Part shown: one piece after another, positions 18,649-27,557 of the stretch
Layout: every line of letters begins with the position of its first letter
Numbering within the stretch: the stretch's first letter is position 1
Assembly (NCBI GenBank): GCA_963727625.1
Contig: CAVSHR010000005.1
Coordinates: forward strand, 64,001-128,000
Direction of reading: 5' to 3'
DNA from: an uncultured delta proteobacterium
GTDB taxonomy: Bacteria > Desulfobacterota > Binatia > UBA9968
Length of the DNA stretch: 64,000 nt
The notes under the pieces: generated by a model
The model's database searches: none
Seen by the model: the letters and a program-made list of their open reading frames with translations, nothing else
What the model was told of the DNA's origin: nothing
Program-made: the position numbers and the translations under genes

Positions 18649-19581
18649 ATGTTGCAACAATACACCGAAAAACTTTTGCCCAGGCTCTTGGAGATGGCAG
18701 TGGCCTATTTGGAAACGTCGCTGCGCATACTTCTAATCGTTGTCGCCGCTTATGTTGGAGTAAGAATACTGAAACTCGCCGTGACTCGCCTGGAGCTTTT
18801 GCTCGTCAAGGCGACAGCGAGCAGCGAAACTGTCGTTGGCGCGGCTGAAAAACGCGTTAAAACGTTGATGAACGTGCTTTGGACCATCGTCGTCGGACTG
18901 ATCTGGTTTGTCGCGACGTTGACCACGCTCGGTCAAATTGGCGTCAACGTCGGGCCGATCCTGGCCGGCGCCGGCGTCGTTGGACTGGCCGTCGGCTTCG
19001 GCGCGCAAAATCTGGTGAAAGATCTGGTGAGCGGATTTTTCTTGATCCTCGAGAACCAAGTCCGAGTCGGCGACGTCGCGGAGATCAACGGCACCGGTGG
19101 CCTGGTCGAAGCCATCACCTTTCGCACGATCGTCCTGCGCGACTTGAGCGCGGTGGTCCACGTGTTCCCCAATGGCTCTATCAATACGCTAGCGAACAGG
19201 ACCAAGGATTGGTCTGCTTACGTCATCGACATGGGGGTCGCCTACAAGGAAGACACCGATCGCGTCGTCGAAGTAATGCGCGCGGTCGGCGCGGAATTGC
19301 GCGCCGACCCGAAGTATTCTTCCGCCATGATCGACGACATCGAAATCTTCGGTGTGGACGAGTTTGCCGACTCGGCAGTGAACATCAAGTGCCGCATCAA
19401 GACCATGCCGCTGCAACAGTGGAACGTCGGCCGCGAGTACCGCCGCCGGTTGAAAAAAGCCTTCGACGCCGAGCGCATTGAGATACCGTTCCCGCACCGC
19501 ACCCTGTACATGGGCGAGGCCAGCCCGGCGTTTCAATTCGCGGTTCAGGAGCCTAACGGCGATTCGGTTGCGCGGAATTAA
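18649..19581 (+). CDS. Small-conductance mechanosensitive channel (MscS/YbiO-like)
   Basis: GAGVVGLAVGFGAQNLVKDLVSGFF, VRVGDV, FPNG, IEIPFP; GGAGG RBS. Confidence 0.93.
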   Translation: MLQQYTEKLLPRLLEMAVAYLETSLRILLIVVAAYVGVRILKLAVTRLELLLVKATASSETVVGAAEKRVKTLMNVLWTIVVGLIWFVATLTTLGQIGVNVGPILAGAGVVGLAVGFGAQNLVKDLVSGFFLILENQVRVGDVAEINGTGGLVEAITFRTIVLRDLSAVVHVFPNGSINTLANRTKDWSAYVIDMGVAYKEDTDRVVEVMRAVGAELRADPKYSSAMIDDIEIFGVDEFADSAVNIKCRIKTMPLQQWNVGREYRRRLKKAFDAERIEIPFPHRTLYMGEASPAFQFAVQEPNGDSVARN

Positions 19582-19685
19582 ACACAGAGTCAACGGCAAG
19601 CGCATTCATCGGCCTCTTTTTATTTATAGCAAAGCGTGTACATTGAGCCGTGCGATTGTAACGACTACGGAGAACCCTCTGCACA

Positions 19686-20861
19686 TTGGCTGATCGTCAC
19701 TACTCGTTCACCCGCGACGAAATCGCCCCGGTTATCGTCGTCAGTTTGATCTCGTCGCTGCGGCTCCTGGGCATTTTTCTCATGCTGCCGATCTTCAGCG
19801 CTTACGCGGTGCGCTACCCGGGGGCGTCCGTCGCCTTGGCCGGGATAGCGTTTGGTATTTATGCGCTGGTGCAATCGATCTTGCAGGTGCCCTTCGGTTG
19901 GGCGAGCGACCGCTGGGGACGGAAACCGGTTCTCGTGATCGGTCTCGCCCTCTTCGTCGTCGGCAGCGTCGGCTGCGCCCTAGCCAAGGACATTCACGGT
20001 CTGATCTTCGCCCGTGCCTTGCAAGGCACGGGCGCGGTAGGTTCGGTGGCCTTCGCGGCGCTGGCCGACCTCACCCGGCCCGACGTGCGGACACAAGCCT
20101 ATACGATCACCGGCATCGCCATCGGTGTCTCGTTTATGGTCGGCCTGTTGGCCGGCCCGTTCTTGGCGGCGCAGATGGGCTTAAACGGACTCTTTTATCT
20201 CCTCGCCTTGCTAGGTTTCCTTTCCATGGTCTTGGCCGCGGTGTTTTTTCCAGCCGCTCAGCCCGGCGCCAAAAGCGAATCGCCCATGAAGCTAAAACCG
20301 ATTCTCTCGCACCGGAATCTCAGACCGATCTTCATCGCCGCTTTCGTCCTGTCCTTCGCCCTCAATCTATTTTTTTTCACCTATCCGTTGAGCTGGACCG
20401 CCATTGGGCTGGATAAGGCGGAGCTCTGGAAGGTTTATTTGGTCATTTTTCTCCCCAGCGTCTTGTTTGTCTTTCCCTATATGCGGCGGGTGGAAAAAGA
20501 AGGCCGGTTTCGCGGTCCGCTCATGATCGGCTGGCTCGCCGCCACGGTGGGCTACAGTGTGTACCTCTTCGGCGCGCAATATGATTTTTTACTCTACGTC
20601 AGCGGGGCGGCTTTTTTTTTGGGTTACAGCATTTACCAGCCAATGCTGCCGGCGTTTCTTACTCAACGGGTTTCGACCAGCGGCCGCGGCACGGCCACCG
20701 GCGTGTACAACTTTTTCGGCTTCATCGGTTCATCCCTCGGCGGAATGCTCGGCGGCGCGCTGATTCACCTCTCGCCCGCATTGCCGGAGTTGCTCGGCGT
20801 CGCGCTGCTGGTTGCCTGGTATCTAGCGGGGTTGCCGATTCCCCCCGACTCAAATTCTTGA
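19686..20861 (+). CDS. MFS transporter (YajR-like)
   Basis: GWASDRWGRKPV motif A; about 12 hydrophobic segments. Confidence 0.9.
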   Translation: MADRHYSFTRDEIAPVIVVSLISSLRLLGIFLMLPIFSAYAVRYPGASVALAGIAFGIYALVQSILQVPFGWASDRWGRKPVLVIGLALFVVGSVGCALAKDIHGLIFARALQGTGAVGSVAFAALADLTRPDVRTQAYTITGIAIGVSFMVGLLAGPFLAAQMGLNGLFYLLALLGFLSMVLAAVFFPAAQPGAKSESPMKLKPILSHRNLRPIFIAAFVLSFALNLFFFTYPLSWTAIGLDKAELWKVYLVIFLPSVLFVFPYMRRVEKEGRFRGPLMIGWLAATVGYSVYLFGAQYDFLLYVSGAAFFLGYSIYQPMLPAFLTQRVSTSGRGTATGVYNFFGFIGSSLGGMLGGALIHLSPALPELLGVALLVAWYLAGLPIPPDSNS

Positions 20862-20911
20862 CCGTTGATCCATCCGCTACCATGGTGTAGTCAGAATGGA
20901 GAGGAAAGTCC

Positions 20912-21313
20912 ATGCGACTGCCCAGGTCTTACCGTGCCGCGTGCTATCTCCTAGTCACAATGTTACTGCCGCTGATATTCGCGGCATGCGGCGGCTCGCG
21001 CGATGAAACAATCAGCGGCGTTGCGATTCCGGTTCCCAATGCGTTAAAAAAGGGGCCGGATAAGCAATCGGAAATTTCTATTCTAGGGTTCGGCGCCGGA
21101 CAGGCATCGTTTCATGGCAATATGGATCGCGAGAAGCTTGTTGAGTTCTTTAAAAAAGAAATGCCGGCGCGCGGCTGGCAAGAGAATCTGAATCTCCGTA
21201 GCGCTTCCGCCATCCTCGCCTTCAGCAAGGATGGTAAATCCGTCCTGATCGGTATCGGCAGGGAAAACGATGGCGCCACCTTAACGTTGACGGTTAGTGG
21301 AGCGAGACGCTGA
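20912..21313 (+). CDS. Hypothetical lipoprotein
   Basis: Lipobox FAAC after a hydrophobic stretch; GAGGA RBS. Confidence 0.75.
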   Translation: MRLPRSYRAACYLLVTMLLPLIFAACGGSRDETISGVAIPVPNALKKGPDKQSEISILGFGAGQASFHGNMDREKLVEFFKKEMPARGWQENLNLRSASAILAFSKDGKSVLIGIGRENDGATLTLTVSGARR

Positions 21314-21370
21314 TGGCTGCGACGGCTTGCGCGAACGGCACTAAAGGTACTCGTATAAAGGAGACACCGT

Positions 21371-21847
21371 ATGAAAGGGAATGAAAAGGTCATTGATGTT
21401 TTGAACCAAGTGCTGTGCAAAGAGCTCACGGGGATCAATCAATACTTCATGCACGCAAAGTTGTGCAAAAGCTGGAATTACGAAAAACTATTCAAACATA
21501 TTTGGGAAGAGTCCATCGAAGAGATGAGGCACGCCGACGAAGTCATCGATCGGTTGCTGTTTCTCGAAGGCTCGCCGAGCATCTCGTCTTATGACAAGAT
21601 CATGGTCGGCACGACGGTAAAACAACAGCTGGAAAATGATCTCGGCCTGGAGATGGCCGCCCTGGTGGTACTTCGTCCGGGTATCAAGATCTGCTTGGAG
21701 GCCAGCGACGACGCTTCTAAACATTTGCTAGAAAAAATACTAATCGAAGAAGAGAAGCACGTCGATTGGCTCGAATCCCAGCTGCGCCAAATCGAGGAAG
21801 TCGGCTATCAAAATTACCTCGCCCAACAAATCAAGAGCAAGGACTGA
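21371..21847 (+). CDS. bfr: Bacterioferritin
   Basis: MKGNEKVI, ELTGINQYFMH, EEMRHAD (heme Met), EEEKHVDWLE. Confidence 0.96.
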   Translation: MKGNEKVIDVLNQVLCKELTGINQYFMHAKLCKSWNYEKLFKHIWEESIEEMRHADEVIDRLLFLEGSPSISSYDKIMVGTTVKQQLENDLGLEMAALVVLRPGIKICLEASDDASKHLLEKILIEEEKHVDWLESQLRQIEEVGYQNYLAQQIKSKD

Positions 21848-21910
21848 CCGACGAGACGATGATCTCCTGAGTGAATCATCACACCCTTTGATTCAGGCCG
21901 AGGTGCATCC

Positions 21911-22777
21911 CTAGCCCTTGCCCAACGACACGGCGAAAACCCCCGCAACCACCAGCGCCGCGCCGGCGAGCTTTCTCGGCGTTACGCTCTCAATTTGCCG
22001 GGCCATGAACGGCGTCAAGATCGCGACGAACACCGTGTAGCTGTTCACCAGCGGCGCGACGATTGAAACCCGCTCCAGACTGTAAGCGACGTACATGAAC
22101 AGAAACGATCCACCGGTGAATAGTCCCGACCCGACGAACCAGCGGGCGATGCGGCGCGGCGGCAAGATAAATTTTTCGCGATGGATATAGCGCGTGATGA
22201 AAAAGATCTCGACAGTCGAGGTCAGCGCGGCAATGCCCGCCGCAAGAATCGGCTGCCCCGCGCCACCGCCCAAACCCCAGCGCACGGCGATGTCTTTCAT
22301 CGAAAACATAAGCGCGCAGAGAAACGGAAAGATGAGCTCGATCTTTTTATAGGTCGTTTTCTCACCGCCCCAGGACACCGTCACCAGTCCGCCCACGGTA
22401 AGCAGCACGCCGAGCAACACCAGCGGCGCCGGCCGTTCGCCCAGAATGAGCACTGCCAGCAGGGTGGAAAATATCGGCGTGGTATTGACGATCGTGGAAG
22501 TCACCGAACTACCCAGGGTGCGAATGCCGCGAAAGCTCAAGACCCGCGTCACACCGGGCACGAACAGGCCGATCGCGACGTAGATCAGATTATCCGCGAC
22601 CAACAGCCGGGTCTCGCTGTTCAGCAAAAAATGAGCAGCCAGTAAAAAGGCGCAATTGCCGGCGATGGTGATCCATGCGCCCCACGGCGCCGGGCCTTGA
22701 TGGTAACCGCGCTGCGCCAGCAAACTGGCAATCGCGAAGCAAAGGGACGTCAAAAGACCAAAGGTAATCGGCAACAC
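21911..22777 (-). CDS. EamA/DMT family transporter
   Basis: Two EamA repeats (LILGERP; SIVAPL); about 10 TM segments. Confidence 0.88.
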   Translation of the reverse strand: MLPITFGLLTSLCFAIASLLAQRGYHQGPAPWGAWITIAGNCAFLLAAHFLLNSETRLLVADNLIYVAIGLFVPGVTRVLSFRGIRTLGSSVTSTIVNTTPIFSTLLAVLILGERPAPLVLLGVLLTVGGLVTVSWGGEKTTYKKIELIFPFLCALMFSMKDIAVRWGLGGGAGQPILAAGIAALTSTVEIFFITRYIHREKFILPPRRIARWFVGSGLFTGGSFLFMYVAYSLERVSIVAPLVNSYTVFVAILTPFMARQIESVTPRKLAGAALVVAGVFAVSLGKG

Positions 22778-22852
22778 GGCGCGGGCTTGGTTTCCTTGGA
22801 GAAGTTTTTCAACTAAAGTGACTTATATCCGAAAACGCGCTCGACTGCATTC

Positions 22853-23917
22853 ATGCTCTCATCGCATCGCCTCGCCATCCGCCGCAAACTCCTGCGCTGG
22901 TACGAACGGAACAAACGCGACTTGCCGTGGCGCCGCAGCCGCGACCCCTACGCGATTTGGATCGCCGAGACCATGCTGCAGCAGACTCAGGTCAAAACCG
23001 TGATTCCCTACTATGAAAAATTCCTGGCGGCGTTCCCGACCGTCGTCCGTCTGGCGCGCGCGCCGCGACAAACGGTGCTGCGCCACTGGTCCGGTCTCGG
23101 CTATTATCGGCGCGCCGAGAATCTCCACAAGGCGGCGCGTCAAATCGTCCGGCGGCATGGCGGCGAACTGCCGCGCCAGCCCGCCGAGCTCAGGGCGCTG
23201 GCCGGCATCGGCGATTATACCGCAGGCGCGCTGCTGAGCATCGCCTTCCATAAGCCTTTCCCGGCCGTCGACGGCAACGTGCGCCGCGTGCTCGGCAGAC
23301 TTCTGCCCCTCCAAGACGAGCATGAACTTCGCCGAACTGCCGAAGCTTTGGTGCCTACAAAAAAACCCGGAACTTTCAATCAAGCGCTCATGGAGCTTGG
23401 CGCCACCGTTTGCACGCCGCAAAATCAACGCTGCCCCGACTGCCCGCTCCGGTCCGCATGCGTCACGGCGATCCACCCGGCCGGGACGACAACGGCGCAG
23501 AACAATAACCGGAGGTGCGCCATCGACGTCGTTTGGCCGCTTGCCATCGTACGGCGCGGCGGCAAGATTCTCTTGCGCCGGCGCGGCTCCAAGGGATTGC
23601 TCGCCGGCTTGTGGGAGATTCCCGGCGGTGTAGTGAATAAATGCGAATCCATCGCGGCCACGCTGGCGCGCCACTTGCCGAGTTTGGGATTGAGCCTGGG
23701 ACAGGCGAAACAAATCGGCGTTTTCCACCACGCCATTACCTACCGCCGCATCCGTGCGCCGGTTTATTTAATCGAAGCGGCCGAAAAACGCGACATCGCT
23801 TTGCCGCGCCCGAGTTGGCGCTGGGTCGAGCCCGCCAAGCTGAATGAGCGGGCGACTTCATCGATGACCGTGAAAGCCGTGAATCTTTTGACCGCCCATG
23901 AAAAAAGTTCTCGTTAG
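22853..23917 (+). CDS. mutY: A/G-specific adenine glycosylase
   Basis: RDLPWR, MLQQTQV, WSGLGYYRRA, GIGDYTAGA HhH, VDGNVRRV, 4Fe-4S cysteines, NUDIX-like C-terminus. Confidence 0.96.
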   Translation: MLSSHRLAIRRKLLRWYERNKRDLPWRRSRDPYAIWIAETMLQQTQVKTVIPYYEKFLAAFPTVVRLARAPRQTVLRHWSGLGYYRRAENLHKAARQIVRRHGGELPRQPAELRALAGIGDYTAGALLSIAFHKPFPAVDGNVRRVLGRLLPLQDEHELRRTAEALVPTKKPGTFNQALMELGATVCTPQNQRCPDCPLRSACVTAIHPAGTTTAQNNNRRCAIDVVWPLAIVRRGGKILLRRRGSKGLLAGLWEIPGGVVNKCESIAATLARHLPSLGLSLGQAKQIGVFHHAITYRRIRAPVYLIEAAEKRDIALPRPSWRWVEPAKLNERATSSMTVKAVNLLTAHEKSSR

Positions 23918-24659
23918 TAGTTTGTTTCTCACCGTGCTCGTCGGCATCGGTTATTATTTTTATGCCACTTTGCCCGACGTCACGGCGCTGAAGCAAAGAA
24001 ATCCCAAAACCACCGCTTTGATCGAGCTGCGCACCGAAGAGTACAAAAAAAAAGGATTGCGCAACCCGCGCCGGCAAATCTGGGTTCCCTACGGCGCGAT
24101 TTCGGAGCATCTCAAGAAAGCGATCCTGATCAGCGAAGACGCGGCATTCTTCAGTCACCAAGGCGTCGACCTGATCGAACTGAAGGCGGCGTTAAAAAAA
24201 GATTGGGAGACCTTTAGCTTCAACCGGGGTGGCAGCACCATCACCATGCAGCTCGCCAAGAATCTTTTTTTGAACCCGTCGAAAAATCCGCTGCGTAAAC
24301 TAAAAGAGATCTTGATCGCCCGTCAGCTCGAGAAATCATTGTCGAAACGGCGGATTTTCGAGCTTTACTTGAACATCGTCGAATGGGGACGCAACGTTTA
24401 CGGCGCCGAGGCCGCGGCGCGCTATTATTTCGGCAAATCCGCCGACGACGTTGATCCGCTGGAAGCGGCAACCCTTGCCGCGCTCCTGCCCAGCCCGCGG
24501 GGATCGAGAGAGCGCAATATCGTCTATCGCCGAAACGTGATTTTGAACCGTTTGGCGAGTGTTGGCTACATCAGTAGTGAAGAGTATCAACGGGCGCGCC
24601 AGACGCCGCTTTTTCGAAAGGTCGAAGTCAAACTGTCCGAGCTGCCCCAAGAGGACTGA
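23898..24659 (+). CDS. mtgA: Monofunctional biosynthetic peptidoglycan transglycosylase
   Basis: SEDAAFFSHQG, GGSTITMQLAKN, RKLKE, KRRIFELYLN, GAEAAARYYF. Confidence 0.92.
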   Translation: MKKVLVSSLFLTVLVGIGYYFYATLPDVTALKQRNPKTTALIELRTEEYKKKGLRNPRRQIWVPYGAISEHLKKAILISEDAAFFSHQGVDLIELKAALKKDWETFSFNRGGSTITMQLAKNLFLNPSKNPLRKLKEILIARQLEKSLSKRRIFELYLNIVEWGRNVYGAEAAARYYFGKSADDVDPLEAATLAALLPSPRGSRERNIVYRRNVILNRLASVGYISSEEYQRARQTPLFRKVEVKLSELPQED

Positions 24660-24830
24660 CGAGACAGCAAAAGAACAATTTTGTTCGGGCAAGATTTGCT
24701 AAAAATTTTGTACATCGTTTGTTCGCCCGCTGCGTCTAACTCTCCAGAAAGGACGGTTCCTCGCCGCTGATTCCACAGCGACGAAAAGCTGCGTTGACCG
24801 TGCCCGCAACGAAGAAGAAAGAGCAAAAGC

Positions 24831-25043
24831 ATGAAAAAACCGGAATCTGAAAAGATTGAGACCACCCTGGGAGAGCTCGTCGCCGCCGCCAGCGAAGTCG
24901 CCTTCGAGTACTCCAATAACGACATCGAAGCGTACAAGCTGGCTCGCCTGGCACTCATCGAAATTCTTAGAAAAACCTCGCATCCTCTCGACTTAGATCG
25001 AGAATTTGAAAGTCTGGGTATGTCATCTAAGCTCGTTCATTAA
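24831..25043 (+). CDS. Small hypothetical protein (TTLxxL motif)
   Basis: 70-aa ORF with a purine-rich leader and amphipathic helices. Confidence 0.65.
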   Translation: MKKPESEKIETTLGELVAAASEVAFEYSNNDIEAYKLARLALIEILRKTSHPLDLDREFESLGMSSKLVH

Positions 25044-25152
25044 GTCTTCGAAGGCCAGCGAGCGGCACCCTCCCTGGGCCGTGCAAATCCGCAATTTTTG
25101 GGGAACTTTTGCCCACGTCGCTACGTTTTGATTGACATAGATCTCGAGGCAA

Positions 25153-25181
25153 ACAACCAAAACACTGTGGCGCTCATCTAA
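25153..25181 (+). promoter_or_regulatory. ECF-type promoter, copy 1 (ACAACC-N16-CATCTAA); a separate GGAACT-N16-CGTTTT element lies at 25102-25129
   Basis: Matches five other intergenic copies with identical spacing. Confidence 0.65.
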
Positions 25182-25235
25182 TAGCGGCGCGACCATGCGC
25201 CGCAAATTGGCTGCAGCGGAGGAAAACCGAGAAAA

Positions 25236-25763
25236 ATGTTTCGATCCCTCACCTTGTGGCTGCTGATCGGGCTGGGTGCAGCGGCTTGGCTGGCCTGGCC
25301 AAAGTTTGGTGCGGCAATTACTTCGGGACAAAAGGCTCCGGAGTTCACCGGCGAAAATTGGCTAAATAGCAAACCTCTGACCATCGCGGGGCTGAAGGGC
25401 CGAGTCGTACTGGTCGAGTTCTGGACCTACGGCTGAATCAACTGCCGAAACATCATCCCGCAGTTGCGGGCGTGGCATGATAAGTACGAGGGCTCGGGCC
25501 TGACCATCGTCGGTGTCCACACCCCGGAGTTTTTCTGGGAAAAGGCGCTCGACAAGGTAAGAAAAGCAACCACAAGATTGGGCATCAAGTTTCCGGTCGT
25601 GCAAGACAATGATTTTGACAATTGGAAGCGCTACGGCGTCTGGGCTTGGCCGACGGTTATCTTGATCGACAAGCAAGGCGTGATCCGCTACAGCCACATC
25701 GGGGAAGGTGGCTACCAGAAAACCGAATCAATCATCCGCCAACTGCTCGACAGTCCAAGTTGA
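25236..25763 (+). CDS. Exported TlpA/DipZ-like redoxin, probable selenoprotein (UxxC)
   Basis: The two ORF-track pieces are one frame: [12 protein letters not shown](25434-25436)-INCRNIIP...GVHTPEF...[14 protein letters not shown] sits at the first Cys of the CxxC motif; hydrophobic N-terminus. Confidence 0.88.
25437..25476 (+). promoter_or_regulatory. Candidate bacterial SECIS hairpin
   Basis: CCCGC-AGTT-GCGGG stem-loop (25457-25470) whose G-containing loop lies about 25 nt after the UGA; stem extendable (CAT/GTG, GCC/GGC). Confidence 0.6.
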
Positions 25764-25816
25764 CAGTCGCTCTTTTCTCGGCAAACATAGACACAGGAGT
25801 CCGGAGGAACGAAGCC

Positions 25817-26791
25817 ATGCTGATCAAAAAACCCGCGGATTTAAAATCATCCGACATCACGCCCAAAGATCTTTACATGAACCGGCGTGAGTTTATCGCA
25901 TCCGCATCGACCCTGGCAGCATCCGCCGCGGCGGCTCTCGCCGGCTTGGGCGCCTTCGCCATGCCGGAAAAGGCGCAAGCCGGGCAAAAGCTCGCGAACC
26001 TAAAAAAAAGCTTTTACAGCACCGCTGAAAAGCAAAACTCTTTTAAAGACATCACTTCCTACAATAATTTTTACGAGCTCGGCGTCGACAAAAGCGACCC
26101 GGCGCAAAACGCCAAGTATCTGACTACCCGGCCATGGAGCGTCACTGTCGAAGGTGAAGTAAAAAAGCCCAAGACCTTCGACATCGAAACGATCATGAAA
26201 ATGAGCCCGCTCGAAGAGCGGGTTTATCGCATGCGCTGCGTCGAAGCCTGGTCCATGGTCGTCCCCTGGATCGGCTTCCCACTCAGCGCGCTGATCAAAC
26301 AGGTGGAACCGACCAACAACGCCAAATTCATTCAGTTCGTCACGTTGCTCGACCCAAAGCGTCTACCGGGGCAGAAGCCGGGGATTTTCGGCAGCGTGCT
26401 CGATTGGCCCTATGTCGAAGGGCTGCGCATGGACGAAGCGATGCACCCCCTGGCGATTCTCTCGGTGGGTCTCTACGGCGAAGTGTTGCCGGGGCAAAAC
26501 GGCGCGCCACTGCGCATGGTGGTCCCTTGGAAGTACGGCTTCAAGAGCATCAAGTCGATCGTCAAAATCCGCTTCGTCGAGACCCAGCCGCCGACCTCGT
26601 GGAATAAAATGCAGCCGCGGGAGTACGGCTTCTATTCCAACGTCAATCCGGAAGTCGATCATCCGCGCTGGAGCCAAGCCACCGAGCGGCGCATCGGCGA
26701 GTTTCTGCGTCGCAAGACTCTTATGTTCAACGGCTACGGCGAGCAGGTGGCAAGCTTGTATAAGGGAATGGACCTGAAGAAAAACTACTGA
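25817..26791 (+). CDS. msrP: Protein-methionine-sulfoxide reductase catalytic subunit
   Basis: Tat motif [49 protein letters not shown]. Confidence 0.96.
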   Translation: MLIKKPADLKSSDITPKDLYMNRREFIASASTLAASAAAALAGLGAFAMPEKAQAGQKLANLKKSFYSTAEKQNSFKDITSYNNFYELGVDKSDPAQNAKYLTTRPWSVTVEGEVKKPKTFDIETIMKMSPLEERVYRMRCVEAWSMVVPWIGFPLSALIKQVEPTNNAKFIQFVTLLDPKRLPGQKPGIFGSVLDWPYVEGLRMDEAMHPLAILSVGLYGEVLPGQNGAPLRMVVPWKYGFKSIKSIVKIRFVETQPPTSWNKMQPREYGFYSNVNPEVDHPRWSQATERRIGEFLRRKTLMFNGYGEQVASLYKGMDLKKNY

Positions 26792-26795
26792 AGCA

Positions 26796-26890
26796 ATTAA
26801 GAATTGAAAATGGAAAATTAAGATACGCCCCACGACTCCGTAAACCGCTTCTTTCTCCCGTTTTCAATTTACCATTTTACATTGTCCATT
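26796..26890. repeat. Inverted pair of ~7-nt tandem repeat tracts between msrP and msrQ
   Basis: aattaagaattgaaaatggaaaatt ... ttttcaatttaccattttacatt. Confidence 0.7.
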
Positions 26891-26891
26891 T

Positions 26892-27557
26892 ATGACGACT
26901 TGGCTCAAACCGCTCGCGTTCATTCTCTGCTCGGTGCCGCTCGGCCAGCTCGCCTACAACGCCTATGTCGGGGATCTGGGCGTCAATCCGATCGAGACGC
27001 TCACCCGATTCACCGGTTCCTGGGCGCTGATATTCTTGTTGACCAGCCTCGCCGTCACGCCGCTGCGGCGCCTCACCGGCTGGAACGACCTGGTCAAGCT
27101 GCGCCGTATGCTCGGCCTGTTCGCCTTCTGCTATGCCGCCCTGCATTTTTCCATTTACATCGGCTTGGATCATTTCTTCGATTTCGCGGCGATCGGCAAA
27201 GATATCGTCAAGCGACCCTACGTGACCGCGGGATTTACCGCCTTCATGATCATGCTGCCGCTGGCGCTCACTTCCAGCGCGGCGATGATCCGGCGCCTGG
27301 GCAAGCGTTGGCAACAGTTGCACCGCTTGGTGTACGTGGCGGCCATCGCCGCCGTGATTCATTTTTATTGGTTGGTGAAGGCGGACATCAGGCGCCCGGC
27401 GCAATATGGCGCCGTTCTGGCGTTGCTGTTGGGCTACCGGCTCTTTGTCAAGATGCGACCGCGCCTGGCGCCAAAACCGTCGGGCGGGCGTTTGCGCGCG
27501 ACGCCGGCCGAGGCCAAAACTCCACCGCGCGGCGCAAGCCCTAAGCGGGCTTCTTGA
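26892..27557 (+). CDS. msrQ: Protein-methionine-sulfoxide reductase heme-binding subunit
   Basis: LRRMLGLFAFCYAALH, PLALTS, WQQLHRLVY, IHFYW. Confidence 0.95.
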   Translation: MTTWLKPLAFILCSVPLGQLAYNAYVGDLGVNPIETLTRFTGSWALIFLLTSLAVTPLRRLTGWNDLVKLRRMLGLFAFCYAALHFSIYIGLDHFFDFAAIGKDIVKRPYVTAGFTAFMIMLPLALTSSAAMIRRLGKRWQQLHRLVYVAAIAAVIHFYWLVKADIRRPAQYGAVLALLLGYRLFVKMRPRLAPKPSGGRLRATPAEAKTPPRGASPKRAS

